From an uncultured Pseudomonadales bacterium (GTDB lineage Bacteria; Patescibacteriota; Microgenomatia; UBA1400; UBA12108): a DNA stretch of 64,000 nucleotides. The translations under genes were made by a program, and so were the position numbers. Location of the stretch: the NCBI GenBank assembly GCA_964349305.1, contig CAYGFS010000002.1, forward strand, positions 425 through 64,424, written 5' to 3'. Shown here one piece after another: positions 19,859 through 28,051 of this stretch (positions are counted from its first letter, which is position 1; each line of letters starts with the position of its first letter). A model generated the notes under the pieces. That model made no database searches and was not told the origin of the DNA. It was given only the letters and a program-made list of their open reading frames with translations.

Positions 19859-19917
19859 GCGCGAAATAATACGATATTTACAGAGAGATGTATAATTGTT
19901 GTGTATAATGTGCACAG

Positions 19918-20718
19918 ATGAATAAATTGATTAGTGATTATATTGTAGGACTAGGGTTTAGCCAGGAGGCGGGTAAGCTATACGGCGGCCTGGTAGAAAA
20001 AGGACCGCTGACCATCCTAGAAGCGTCACGGGAGAGTGAGATCGAGCGGACGGCGCTTTACCGGCTAGTTGAGGATTTGACGGCCAAAGGACTGATTGAA
20101 GAGGTCCTGGAGCATAAATCTAGGCGGGTACGGGCGGTGGAACCCGCGAAAGTAAAGCTGCTTGTGGAACAAGAGAAAAAGAGAGTGGGTGAGCTAGAGA
20201 ATAGCTTTACCAGTTTTGAAGCGGCGGTGGGACAAATACCTGATCTAAAGAGTACTCAGGTGCGATACTACCGTGGGACAGCGGGGATTAAACAAATCAT
20301 GTGGAATGAAACCAAAGCTAAGAAGGAGCTCCTCGGCTATACCTATCGCAATATGGAGGAGGTGGCGGGGGTTCCCTTTTTCAAGAGTTGGGTGGCAGAG
20401 ATTGAGAAGAGAGGAATCGTTTCGCGGGACTTGCGGAGCGACACATTTCTCTCCAGTATGGAGGCGCCGGGATTTGAGCGAATACATATTGACAAATCGA
20501 TGTGGCGATACTTGCCAGAAAAGGTGATGTGCCTGAGTCATAATCTGGATATTTATAATGATGTCGTGGCGATCTACTACTGGGAAGAGAATGACGTGTT
20601 TGGCGTAGAGATCCAAAATCAAAAGATGGCGGATACCCAGAGGAGTATTTGGGAGACGATGTGGAAACTAGCAGAAAACTACAAGTTGCCGAGGAAGTAT
20701 CGACTACCTAGGAGATAG
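19918..20718 (+). CDS. TrmB-like wHTH regulator (paralog 5)
   Basis: HTH IVGLGFSQEAGKLYGGLVEKGPLTILEASRESEIERTALYRLVEDLTAKGLIE. C-terminal ...SIWETMWKLAENY. Confidence 0.6.
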   Translation: MNKLISDYIVGLGFSQEAGKLYGGLVEKGPLTILEASRESEIERTALYRLVEDLTAKGLIEEVLEHKSRRVRAVEPAKVKLLVEQEKKRVGELENSFTSFEAAVGQIPDLKSTQVRYYRGTAGIKQIMWNETKAKKELLGYTYRNMEEVAGVPFFKSWVAEIEKRGIVSRDLRSDTFLSSMEAPGFERIHIDKSMWRYLPEKVMCLSHNLDIYNDVVAIYYWEENDVFGVEIQNQKMADTQRSIWETMWKLAENYKLPRKYRLPRR

Positions 20719-21616
20719 GCTCGCTAGCTTGAATTTTGTTCATGGTGTAGACACTGGCTATAACAACTCCAGCGCCAAAGAGGGAAATTATGCCTATCAT
20801 TTCGCCGTAAAAAAAATATCCGACGAATAGTGAAAAGATGTTTTCAGAGAGAAATAATTGGGTCGCAAAAACTTCATCTAGATGTTTAAATGCATAGATG
20901 GTCAAGAGTGGCGCTAGAACATTCATAACCACGCCGATAAAAAGTCCCAAAGAAACTTGCCATGAGAAAAGATTGGAAAGATTCGGAATGGACTCCCCTG
21001 CATAAAGAGCGAGTGCGAAGATAACAACGCTGGCAATGCCCTGAGCAATAACGGTGATTTCGCGAGAATTAAGCTTTTTCTCCATAAGCTTTATGCCGAG
21101 GTACCAGACTGCCTCAAAAAAAGCGGACAAAATAACCCACCAATCACCAACACCGAGCTCTGATAGGGCCGGGATGAACTGTCCGCTACTTAAGACTCCT
21201 ACTCCCCAAATAGACACTAAAAGTAATCCCAAGATGATGTACCGCCATCTCCGCTTGAGGAAAATTACACCTAGGAGATATACAAAAATGGGAACCGTCG
21301 AGAATAAAACCGAAACATTGAGTAGGGTGGTAATCAATGCTCCCTTGGTGATCGCAAAAATCATGAGGCCATAACCAACAATTCCCATGAGTAAAAGTAC
21401 TAACCAATCTTTAATGTTGAGAGCTTTAATATTCCTCCAGCGAATATCTCTGGGAAAGATAATTATGGTTGCTACCATCGCCAGAAAAATACGAATATAA
21501 ACCTGGGTGAAGATTCCAAACGAAGTATCTAACCACCTGGCAGCGACACTCAAAAGACCGTAACCAAGCGATACTCCAATCAGGGCAATAATTGACAGAG
21601 TTCGGCCGGTGAACAT
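20708..21616 (-). CDS. DMT/EamA-family transporter (10 TM)
   Basis: Two EamA-like five-helix halves. Start probably MFTGRTLS at 21616 (the listed ORF extends to 21652). Confidence 0.5.
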   Translation of the reverse strand: MFTGRTLSIIALIGVSLGYGLLSVAARWLDTSFGIFTQVYIRIFLAMVATIIIFPRDIRWRNIKALNIKDWLVLLLMGIVGYGLMIFAITKGALITTLLNVSVLFSTVPIFVYLLGVIFLKRRWRYIILGLLLVSIWGVGVLSSGQFIPALSELGVGDWWVILSAFFEAVWYLGIKLMEKKLNSREITVIAQGIASVVIFALALYAGESIPNLSNLFSWQVSLGLFIGVVMNVLAPLLTIYAFKHLDEVFATQLFLSENIFSLFVGYFFYGEMIGIISLFGAGVVIASVYTMNKIQASEPIS

Positions 21617-21617
21617 A

Positions 21618-21998
21618 TCAACTTCTCTCCCCAAACATGAGATGATAACCATTACAATCCTGGATAGTAAACTCCTGGGAATCGTAGTTGGTGGAATGGA
21701 GGGATTGAACCACTTTTACCATATCTTTAACTCTCCCCCACTCCGAGCGAATGTCGTCAACTTCTAGATATAAAACGAGACTACCTCCCATTTTTACTTT
21801 AGAAAGCTCTGGTATTTCTTTGGCAAAGTCATGTCTGGAGAAGAGCATTATCTCCACATTGCCTCGCTTGATGCGAGCGAAGGTGGGAGCACTAGACTCT
21901 GGAGAAATAAAAACCACCTCAAAACCCAACGTGGTTTTGTACCACGCGAGAGTTTTTGGAAGATCTTCGACGAGTAGTTCTGGAGTAAGAGACAACAT
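21618..21998 (-). CDS. VOC/glyoxalase-family protein
   Basis: Sequence ...DLPKTLAWYKTTLGFEVVF...NGYHLMFGE matches the VOC fold pattern. Confidence 0.55.
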   Translation of the reverse strand: MLSLTPELLVEDLPKTLAWYKTTLGFEVVFISPESSAPTFARIKRGNVEIMLFSRHDFAKEIPELSKVKMGGSLVLYLEVDDIRSEWGRVKDMVKVVQSLHSTNYDSQEFTIQDCNGYHLMFGERS

Positions 21999-22038
21999 GG
22001 TGTTAACTATACGCTGGTTCTGGTTGTATACTCAAGAA

Positions 22039-22524
22039 ATGAAAAAGAGTACGGGTTTTTTAGAGAGTTTAGAGAAATATAGCTGGAAAGCGATAGGGCG
22101 CAGTCCCCTGCCCCAGTACTGGCCGTGGATAGGAGTAGCTCTGGTAATAATGATTATCCTGGCATCAGTAGTAAATAAGCCAGGCAGCGTGGTAGGAGCG
22201 GAAAGTGTGAGAGAAATCATTGAGTTGGCTGCGGGGAGAGGAGATTATCAAACAGCAAGAGATTTATTAAACCATTACACCAATAAACCAATGAACAATT
22301 TGGTACTGGGGGCGGAGAGTGAGCTGGAAGACAAGGTTTATCCCGAGCGGGTCGTGGAGAGAAGAATTGCAGAACTTGAAACCAAGTTAGAGGAATATCC
22401 GGAAAACAAAGAGGTTTATTTGATGCTGTCGAGTCTATACGGCCAATTGGGATACTCTGATACTGCTAGCGAATATCGTGAAAAGGCTAGGATTTTGGAT
22501 CCGAATGGAGTGGAATTTAAGTAA
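22039..22524 (+). CDS. membrane-anchored TPR-like repeat protein
   Basis: N-terminal TM (WPWIGVALVIMIILASVV). C-terminal TPR-like helices (...EVYLMLSSLYGQLGYSDTASEYREKARILDP). Internal ATG 22039 chosen, because the 5' part of the listed ORF is antisense to the VOC gene. Confidence 0.45.
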   Translation: MKKSTGFLESLEKYSWKAIGRSPLPQYWPWIGVALVIMIILASVVNKPGSVVGAESVREIIELAAGRGDYQTARDLLNHYTNKPMNNLVLGAESELEDKVYPERVVERRIAELETKLEEYPENKEVYLMLSSLYGQLGYSDTASEYREKARILDPNGVEFK

Positions 22525-22528
22525 TGGC

Positions 22529-22586
22529 AGAGGTTCCGATCTATCTTTCGCTTTGCTGCAGACCGCTTAAAGATCGGAACCTAGGG
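22529..22586. repeat. ~50-bp hairpin element GGTTCCGATCT-N27-AGATCGGAACC, copy 1 (between convergent genes)
   Basis: 11-bp perfect stem. Near-identical copy (3 mismatches) at 28917-28975. Confidence 0.8.
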
Positions 22587-23261
22587 TCATTTGGATTCGG
22601 GCTTGGCTGCTTCGGCAGGAGCTGGCTCGCCCTCTGCGGGTTTGGCTCCCCCTTCGGCAGCGGCTTCGCCTTCAGCTGGTGCGACCTCGACCACCTCTTC
22701 TTTGGCGGGCTCTTGGATGGTGGCGATGACCTCATCGTCGCCGAGCTCGACTGTGACCTTGGAGCGGTCAAACTTGAGATCCTTGGCGTGGATACTCATG
22801 CCTACTTCGGTGAGAGTAGAAATATCGACTTCGATGACATCGGGGAGATCGGTGGGGAGAGCCTCAACATCGAGTTCATTCTTCATCATAACTAGAACCA
22901 TGCCGGACTTCACAGCTTCTGACTCCCCTACTGCCTTGAGCGGGACGGTGGCGGTGGTCTTTTGCTTCAAATCGACTTCGTGGAAATCGACGTGGAGCAT
23001 TTGGTCGGTCACGGGATCCTGAGCGTAGCCAGAAACAAGCACGGGATGGGCCTTGTCATCACCCTTGATCTTCAAATGAATCAAGCCAGTCTCGCCGGCT
23101 TTGCGCATGGTATCGAGGAGGACGGAGCTTTCGAGCTCGATAGCCAGGGATTTGATTTTTTTACCAAAAATATTGGCGGGAACGAGGCCTTTTTTGCGCA
23201 GCTGCTTGGTTTTGCGGCCAAAAACGGTACGAGTACTGGCGGTTAGTTCAAATGTAGTCAT
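22587..23261 (-). CDS. rplY: 50S ribosomal protein L25/general stress protein Ctc, with Ala/Glu/Pro-rich C-terminal tail
   Basis: N-terminus MTTFELTASTRTVFGRKTKQLRKKGLVPANIFGKKIKS... is typical of L25/Ctc. C-terminal low-complexity extension. Confidence 0.85.
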   Translation of the reverse strand: MTTFELTASTRTVFGRKTKQLRKKGLVPANIFGKKIKSLAIELESSVLLDTMRKAGETGLIHLKIKGDDKAHPVLVSGYAQDPVTDQMLHVDFHEVDLKQKTTATVPLKAVGESEAVKSGMVLVMMKNELDVEALPTDLPDVIEVDISTLTEVGMSIHAKDLKFDRSKVTVELGDDEVIATIQEPAKEEVVEVAPAEGEAAAEGGAKPAEGEPAPAEAAKPESK

Positions 23262-23327
23262 AAAACTCCTTCGTCTAAGATGTTAGATGCTAGAAGATAG
23301 ATTCTAGCTGGGGAGATTATATCATGG

Positions 23328-26081
23328 CTACTTGGCAAACTTTACCGTTACCCTCCGATCGGTATCGTTGACCATGTTAAATTTGAGCTGCTGGGGAGCG
23401 AGATCGGCGCTCGGGGAGATGATGGTGGGACGCAAATAAAGCGGATAATTGAGGTAGACGGTCAAGCTATCTTTGGAGGAAGTGCCGGGTTGTTTCTGCC
23501 AATACCAGGTGTAGAGAGTTTCGCTTTCCTGAGGGAGTTGGGGGGTGGCGTAATTAACTTCGAGTACTATATTGCTGCTGACGGGAACGGTGAGGAGATA
23601 GCTGACGACCACCCGGTTGTGCTGCGAACTGATTTCGTAATCTTTGGCTGCCAAGACAACGCCTCCAACTTTGACCTCCGAAATAGTGGCGCCAAGGGGT
23701 AAATAGAGACGGCTAAAATTTTTGTAGGCGCCTGACGGCCAGGCGGTAGAAGTAGAAGTATTCTGATAATTGACCCGGAGGGCGTGGCTAACGGAGAGGT
23801 TTTTTTCAAAAGTGATGATCTCTTCGATGTCGCGCTTGATGTAATAGTTGGCTTTGTTCACCCCAAAATTGCTATCAACGATCATGGCGTAGTCTTTGTG
23901 GCAGTTGCCCTGAGCGGGACAAGGAAAGTCGCTTAACTGGCCATTCCAACCAAGGGTTTCAAAAACGTGATTGGCGCTCTCGTTGAGAAGCGAAATGAGA
24001 GTGTCTTTTTGCTCGACAGAGGTAGTGAGTGCCCGGATCATTTTGAGACTATCCGCAGAGTTCCGGGTGGGAAGGGCGGCAAAAAGAGTGTTGGCCACGG
24101 AGCTCAAAAATTCTTTTTTCTGAGTACTGCCGGGGAAAAAGTTGACCTCGGCGTGAAACTGGGCGCGAGAGTAGAGGTTCTCGGCGGTGATGGTTTCGTT
24201 GTAGTCAGCCACCTCGAGTGGGCCCGTGGCACCCAGGAGCGAAACGAGAGTGTTGACGTTGACGGCAATTGTGCCATCCAGGTCTTGGTTGAGCGATTTT
24301 TTGATAAACCACTCGGCTCTCCTGGCGCTCGTGGGAAAATCAGGATCAAAATTGGAATCACGAAGATACCAATTGGCCTCGCCCAAGATGTCTTTGATCG
24401 GGGTGGGTGGCTCAACGTGTCCTTTGAGCTGACCATCCGCGTCGTAGACGTCAAAAATGGGCATATCGTAGAGTTTGCCGTTTTCGAAACTGAGAATGGC
24501 GAGTGAACCAATAAACCCCCCGGTGGCGCGCAACTCCATATTGTTTTGGAAAAGGACGGCGTATTTGCGCCGGCCGCCAAGCCCAATAACCTCAGGGGTG
24601 GTGGCCAGAATGGCTTTGGCCGTGATGACGGAGCGTTTGAGTCCCGATAATTCTGACTTGGCGGCAACGTAACCCGCATGATATTTGGCTGGGATGACAC
24701 TAGGAATTGTGTCGGGCAAGGAGCCGTCGAGGAGGGAGAGTTTTTGATAAAGCTCCTCGGATTCCAGGCGACTACGACTAATGGTTTGGGCAATGTCGGC
24801 ACTGCCGGTACCAAAAATGTAGTGAGCCAAGTCGCTCGTGGTCTGACTGAGCTGGTCGGCGACAGTAAAGGCAGTCAAGGCCTGTTTATAAGCATCTAAA
24901 AGCTGGCTAATTTCGATAACGGTGATCTTGGAACCGATACCGGGTAGTGAAGTAAGAGCTAGCCAATTGGCTTGGAGATAAGTGACGGAAAATTGATTAA
25001 TCGGGCTACGGAGTGGTAGTTCATTGTTTTGCAGGGCGGAATAGATCCGGCGCAAAGAGAGGGCGGCAACTGTCCCGGTAAAAGCGAGGGTTCCCAGGTA
25101 AAGTGCGAGGGCAATGATGAGCCCGCGGCCAACAATGGTTTTGGGCCGGAGAGTCAGTGGTTTGGGCCGGCGAGGACGAGGGAGTGGGAAGCTCAGCTTC
25201 GGACGGCGAGATTCGAGTGGAACGAAAACGGGACCAGCTTTTTTGACCAGAGGAGTCAATTTTTTGAGTGGAGGAAGCTCGGGAGTTACGACGGGGTCTG
25301 GCCTTACCGCCTTGGCTACAGCGGGCTGGGTGGGCGGCGCCGCCTTGATGTGGGTCTGGAGGTATTTGTGTAAATTATCTTCGACTTGTCCGACTAGCTG
25401 ATAATCGATTTGACTAAGCGCTGATTGATAAATATCTCCGTCAAAAATAGGCGCCTCACTCCCCTGTTCGGGAGCGAACTCTAGGCTGACTTTAAACGGC
25501 AGACTGGTACGGAAAGTATAGGCAAGATTGAGGAGCGAAATACCCTCCGGGTTGCCAAGGTGAATCTTGAGACTGTTGCCGCTAGAGGGAAGAAGTGTGT
25601 GACCTACTAAAAGGTGGCTGAGATCCCCCTCTCCTAGCAAACTAATTTCTTCCAGCCCATCTCCTGGGATAGTAATTTTCTGTTCGAGCTGAACTTTGTC
25701 GACCCAAGTCTTTAACAGTTTGGAGTCGTACTCCCCTGCCCCGATGTAATCGGAATACAGTAAATATTTGTAAACGGGGAGACTACTGGCTGGCAAAGAC
25801 ATGTTTTCGTGAATAGCTAAAACGAGGCGTGATTCACCAGACTGAACGAGGGTTTTGATCAGTGAATTAAAGATCGGATTTAGTGAGTCGGGAAAAACGA
25901 GGAGATAGTCTAGATCGTGGGACTGATGAAACTGATTAATCGCTTCGAGGCCCTCGGGAACAATGGCCTGAATGCCGGTGAGGAGAAATTCTTGGACAAG
26001 ATTCTCAACAAGTGACGGCGTGCCGCCAAAAATGACCGCCCCCTGCCCTCTGGTTTCAATCGTGAACGCACTTGACCTCAT
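23328..26081 (-). CDS. large membrane-anchored protein (917 aa): cytoplasmic N-domain, Pro-rich linker, one TM, ~570-aa extracytoplasmic C-domain
   Basis: Pro-rich segment PPTQPAVAKAVRPDPVVTPELPPLKKLTPL..., then TM GLIIALALYLGTLAFTGTVAALSL. No catalytic motif recognised. Confidence 0.6.
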   Translation of the reverse strand: MRSSAFTIETRGQGAVIFGGTPSLVENLVQEFLLTGIQAIVPEGLEAINQFHQSHDLDYLLVFPDSLNPIFNSLIKTLVQSGESRLVLAIHENMSLPASSLPVYKYLLYSDYIGAGEYDSKLLKTWVDKVQLEQKITIPGDGLEEISLLGEGDLSHLLVGHTLLPSSGNSLKIHLGNPEGISLLNLAYTFRTSLPFKVSLEFAPEQGSEAPIFDGDIYQSALSQIDYQLVGQVEDNLHKYLQTHIKAAPPTQPAVAKAVRPDPVVTPELPPLKKLTPLVKKAGPVFVPLESRRPKLSFPLPRPRRPKPLTLRPKTIVGRGLIIALALYLGTLAFTGTVAALSLRRIYSALQNNELPLRSPINQFSVTYLQANWLALTSLPGIGSKITVIEISQLLDAYKQALTAFTVADQLSQTTSDLAHYIFGTGSADIAQTISRSRLESEELYQKLSLLDGSLPDTIPSVIPAKYHAGYVAAKSELSGLKRSVITAKAILATTPEVIGLGGRRKYAVLFQNNMELRATGGFIGSLAILSFENGKLYDMPIFDVYDADGQLKGHVEPPTPIKDILGEANWYLRDSNFDPDFPTSARRAEWFIKKSLNQDLDGTIAVNVNTLVSLLGATGPLEVADYNETITAENLYSRAQFHAEVNFFPGSTQKKEFLSSVANTLFAALPTRNSADSLKMIRALTTSVEQKDTLISLLNESANHVFETLGWNGQLSDFPCPAQGNCHKDYAMIVDSNFGVNKANYYIKRDIEEIITFEKNLSVSHALRVNYQNTSTSTAWPSGAYKNFSRLYLPLGATISEVKVGGVVLAAKDYEISSQHNRVVVSYLLTVPVSSNIVLEVNYATPQLPQESETLYTWYWQKQPGTSSKDSLTVYLNYPLYLRPTIISPSADLAPQQLKFNMVNDTDRRVTVKFAK

Positions 26082-26332
26082 TACTTTAATCGTAACACGA
26101 TCTAGTCGCTGATACTCAACTACATAATTCAGACTTATAACGAGAGTTATAAACTAATCCGTATTGTTGTTACGTTTTTTTCTATGTTTTTGTCTTGGCT
26201 TTTGTTTGCTACTTTATCCCTTGTTTATGTTGGTACGTTTTTTGCACGTTTTTGTTAAGCCTGCAAGAACAACTAGTTGGTACGAAATTTCTAAGCAATT
26301 TTTGAGAGCCTATAAGTGAGAAAATGAAAACT

Positions 26333-26770
26333 TTAGTTTTGCGCGTCTAGGGCTTCGTTAACTAGAGCGTCCGCTGGCGAGTTGCCCTCGCGATATGTGT
26401 GCTCGATGGACCACTGGGGAAGTTTAGCCAGGAGTCCCCTCACCGCTTGATATTTAGGAAGTAGTCCGGGATTTTTGACTTTAAAGAGACCCTTGATTTG
26501 GTTGACAATAAGGAGAGAGTCCATTTTGATAAGCAATTCTGCTGTTGGGTGGTGCTCAACAACCCAACTGACACCGGCGAGGAGCCCTTCGTATTCCGCC
26601 ACATTGTTGGTAGTGATGCCTAAATAATTACCGCATTTTTCCAGAATCATTCCCGCACCAGGCGTAATATCTTGGATAACGTATCCGTAGGCAGCGGGGC
26701 CCGGATTACCGCGCGAGCCGCCGTCGGTGTTTAAGAGCAACTTTTTAATCACAAATCTTAAATTCTCCAA
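26333..26770 (-). CDS. rnhA: ribonuclease HI
   Basis: DGGSRGNPGPAAYG (RNase H DxG...G motif). Downstream D/E catalytic residues (EYEGLL..., ...GNSPADALVNEA). The first ~10 codons are encoded by a repeat copy, so the true start may be internal. Confidence 0.75.
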   Translation of the reverse strand: MENLRFVIKKLLLNTDGGSRGNPGPAAYGYVIQDITPGAGMILEKCGNYLGITTNNVAEYEGLLAGVSWVVEHHPTAELLIKMDSLLIVNQIKGLFKVKNPGLLPKYQAVRGLLAKLPQWSIEHTYREGNSPADALVNEALDAQN

Positions 26771-26805
26771 TTCTCAAATAATTCTTTGATTCTCAAATTT
26801 ATTAT
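26752..26805. repeat. (CAAATTCT)n octamer-repeat element, degenerate copy
   Basis: AAATTCTCCAATTCTCAAATAATTCTTTGATTCTCAAATT at the rnhA start/flippase stop junction. Confidence 0.6.
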
Positions 26806-28030
26806 TTGAAAAGTATAGCAGAGCAAGAAAGATAAATAATTCGGTCAACCCAGTGTTGACGGCCGCAGCGGGGGCACCAAAACCTGGAACAAATACGAGG
26901 TTAAGTCCAACATTGAAGAGGGCGGCCAGGACATATATGCCCAAGACAACTTTGTCGCGCCCCCCTGCGATTAACCCCCACATGAGGGGGGCGGTGACAT
27001 AAAAGAAGGGGAGGGCAAAGGAGAGAATTTTTAATACTTCAATGGATATGGTGAGCCCGGGTTTCACCAGGCTGACAAGAGGCGCAATAAACCATAAAAT
27101 GACCGCGACAACCACGCCGATGCCGGCCATCGACCAGGCGGTGCGGGAAATGAGAGATGATTGGGGGTTGGTTTTGGAAGACTGAAGAAAAATCGGATAA
27201 ATAGAGTTCATGGCAAAAACGGGGAGAACCAGAATTACGTCAAAAATGCGATAAGCAAAGCCGTATTGCCCCACCTCGCTGGAAGCGCGAAAAACTCCGA
27301 GCACAACGGTGTCAAACTTGCTGGCCAAAACCGAGGCGATAAGAATAAGCCCAAGTGTTAGAGAGCGACGAAGGAGGGGGAGGACAAATTTCAAATCATA
27401 AATTCTCAAATTCTCAAATTGGGATCGAGGCAGTAATAGTAGAGAAGATATTGCCATGGCCAAATAGCCGGCGGTGTTGGCGAACACAAGATTGGGGATG
27501 GTGGGGGAGTGAGAAAGGAAATAGAGAGTGAGGATGGTAGCGAGGAGTGAGCCTATGACGACAGAAATAGTGGATTTCCAGTAGGACAGGTTGTACTGGA
27601 ACCAAGCGTTGGTGGAGGTATAGATGCCCTGGAACATGATGGCCAGGCTGCCGAGCCAAAAAATGGATTTGACTTGCGGTGAATATCCACCTGGGAGGCG
27701 AATAATTATGAGGTTGAGCACAATAATTGCCAGGAGGGAGAGGACAAAGCGGGCAAGGAGGATGTGCGACAGATTGTGCTGCATTTGAGCGGGCGACTTG
27801 GCGGAGCGCAACCCCTCTGCGTTGAGTCCAAAGTCAATGGCGGTGAAGCCAACAGCAACCAATATGAGGATTTTGGTCAGGTCACCATAAAGATCGAGTC
27901 CCGCTAGGCGAATGGTGAAGTAGGTGGTGAGCAGGGTGAGGCCGGCGCCAAAAAATTTGGCGACTAGCTGGGCAAATGTGTTACTGGCGATGGTTTTGAA
28001 CATGAGAGTATTGTATCGGCTAATCAGCAA
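26774..28030 (-). CDS. polysaccharide-biosynthesis/oligosaccharide flippase (Wzx/MOP-like)
   Basis: 12-TM protein with Wzx-like N-terminus (...TIASNTFAQLVAKFFGAGLTLLTTYFTIRLAGLDLYGD...). Mid-gene in-frame repeat insertion is translated as RSQFENLRIYDLK. Confidence 0.55.
   Translation of the reverse strand: MLISRYNTLMFKTIASNTFAQLVAKFFGAGLTLLTTYFTIRLAGLDLYGDLTKILILVAVGFTAIDFGLNAEGLRSAKSPAQMQHNLSHILLARFVLSLLAIIVLNLIIIRLPGGYSPQVKSIFWLGSLAIMFQGIYTSTNAWFQYNLSYWKSTISVVIGSLLATILTLYFLSHSPTIPNLVFANTAGYLAMAISSLLLLPRSQFENLRIYDLKFVLPLLRRSLTLGLILIASVLASKFDTVVLGVFRASSEVGQYGFAYRIFDVILVLPVFAMNSIYPIFLQSSKTNPQSSLISRTAWSMAGIGVVVAVILWFIAPLVSLVKPGLTISIEVLKILSFALPFFYVTAPLMWGLIAGGRDKVVLGIYVLAALFNVGLNLVFVPGFGAPAAAVNTGLTELFIFLALLYFSNNKFENQRII
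27385..27421. repeat. (CAAATTCT)n octamer-repeat element inside the flippase CDS
   Basis: TCAAATCATAAATTCTCAAATTCTCAAATTG. Confidence 0.8.
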
Positions 28031-28051
28031 ATCGGTTAGTCGGTAAGTCGG

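Noticed and set aside
22524-23286. ORFs overlapping rplY and its low-complexity tail (22524-22895, 22541-22771, 22591-23022, 22962-23246, 23101-23286)
   Set aside because: They arise from the Ala/Glu/Pro-rich repetitive 3' part of rplY and from the hairpin repeat, and have no coding signal of their own. rplY has a clear family signature.
23490-25401. Antisense and alternate-frame ORFs inside the 917-aa gene, including a 236-aa Pro-rich ORF at 24104-24814
   Set aside because: Fully nested in a long well-formed ORF on the opposite strand or another frame. The Pro-rich composition mirrors the host gene's GC-rich stretch.
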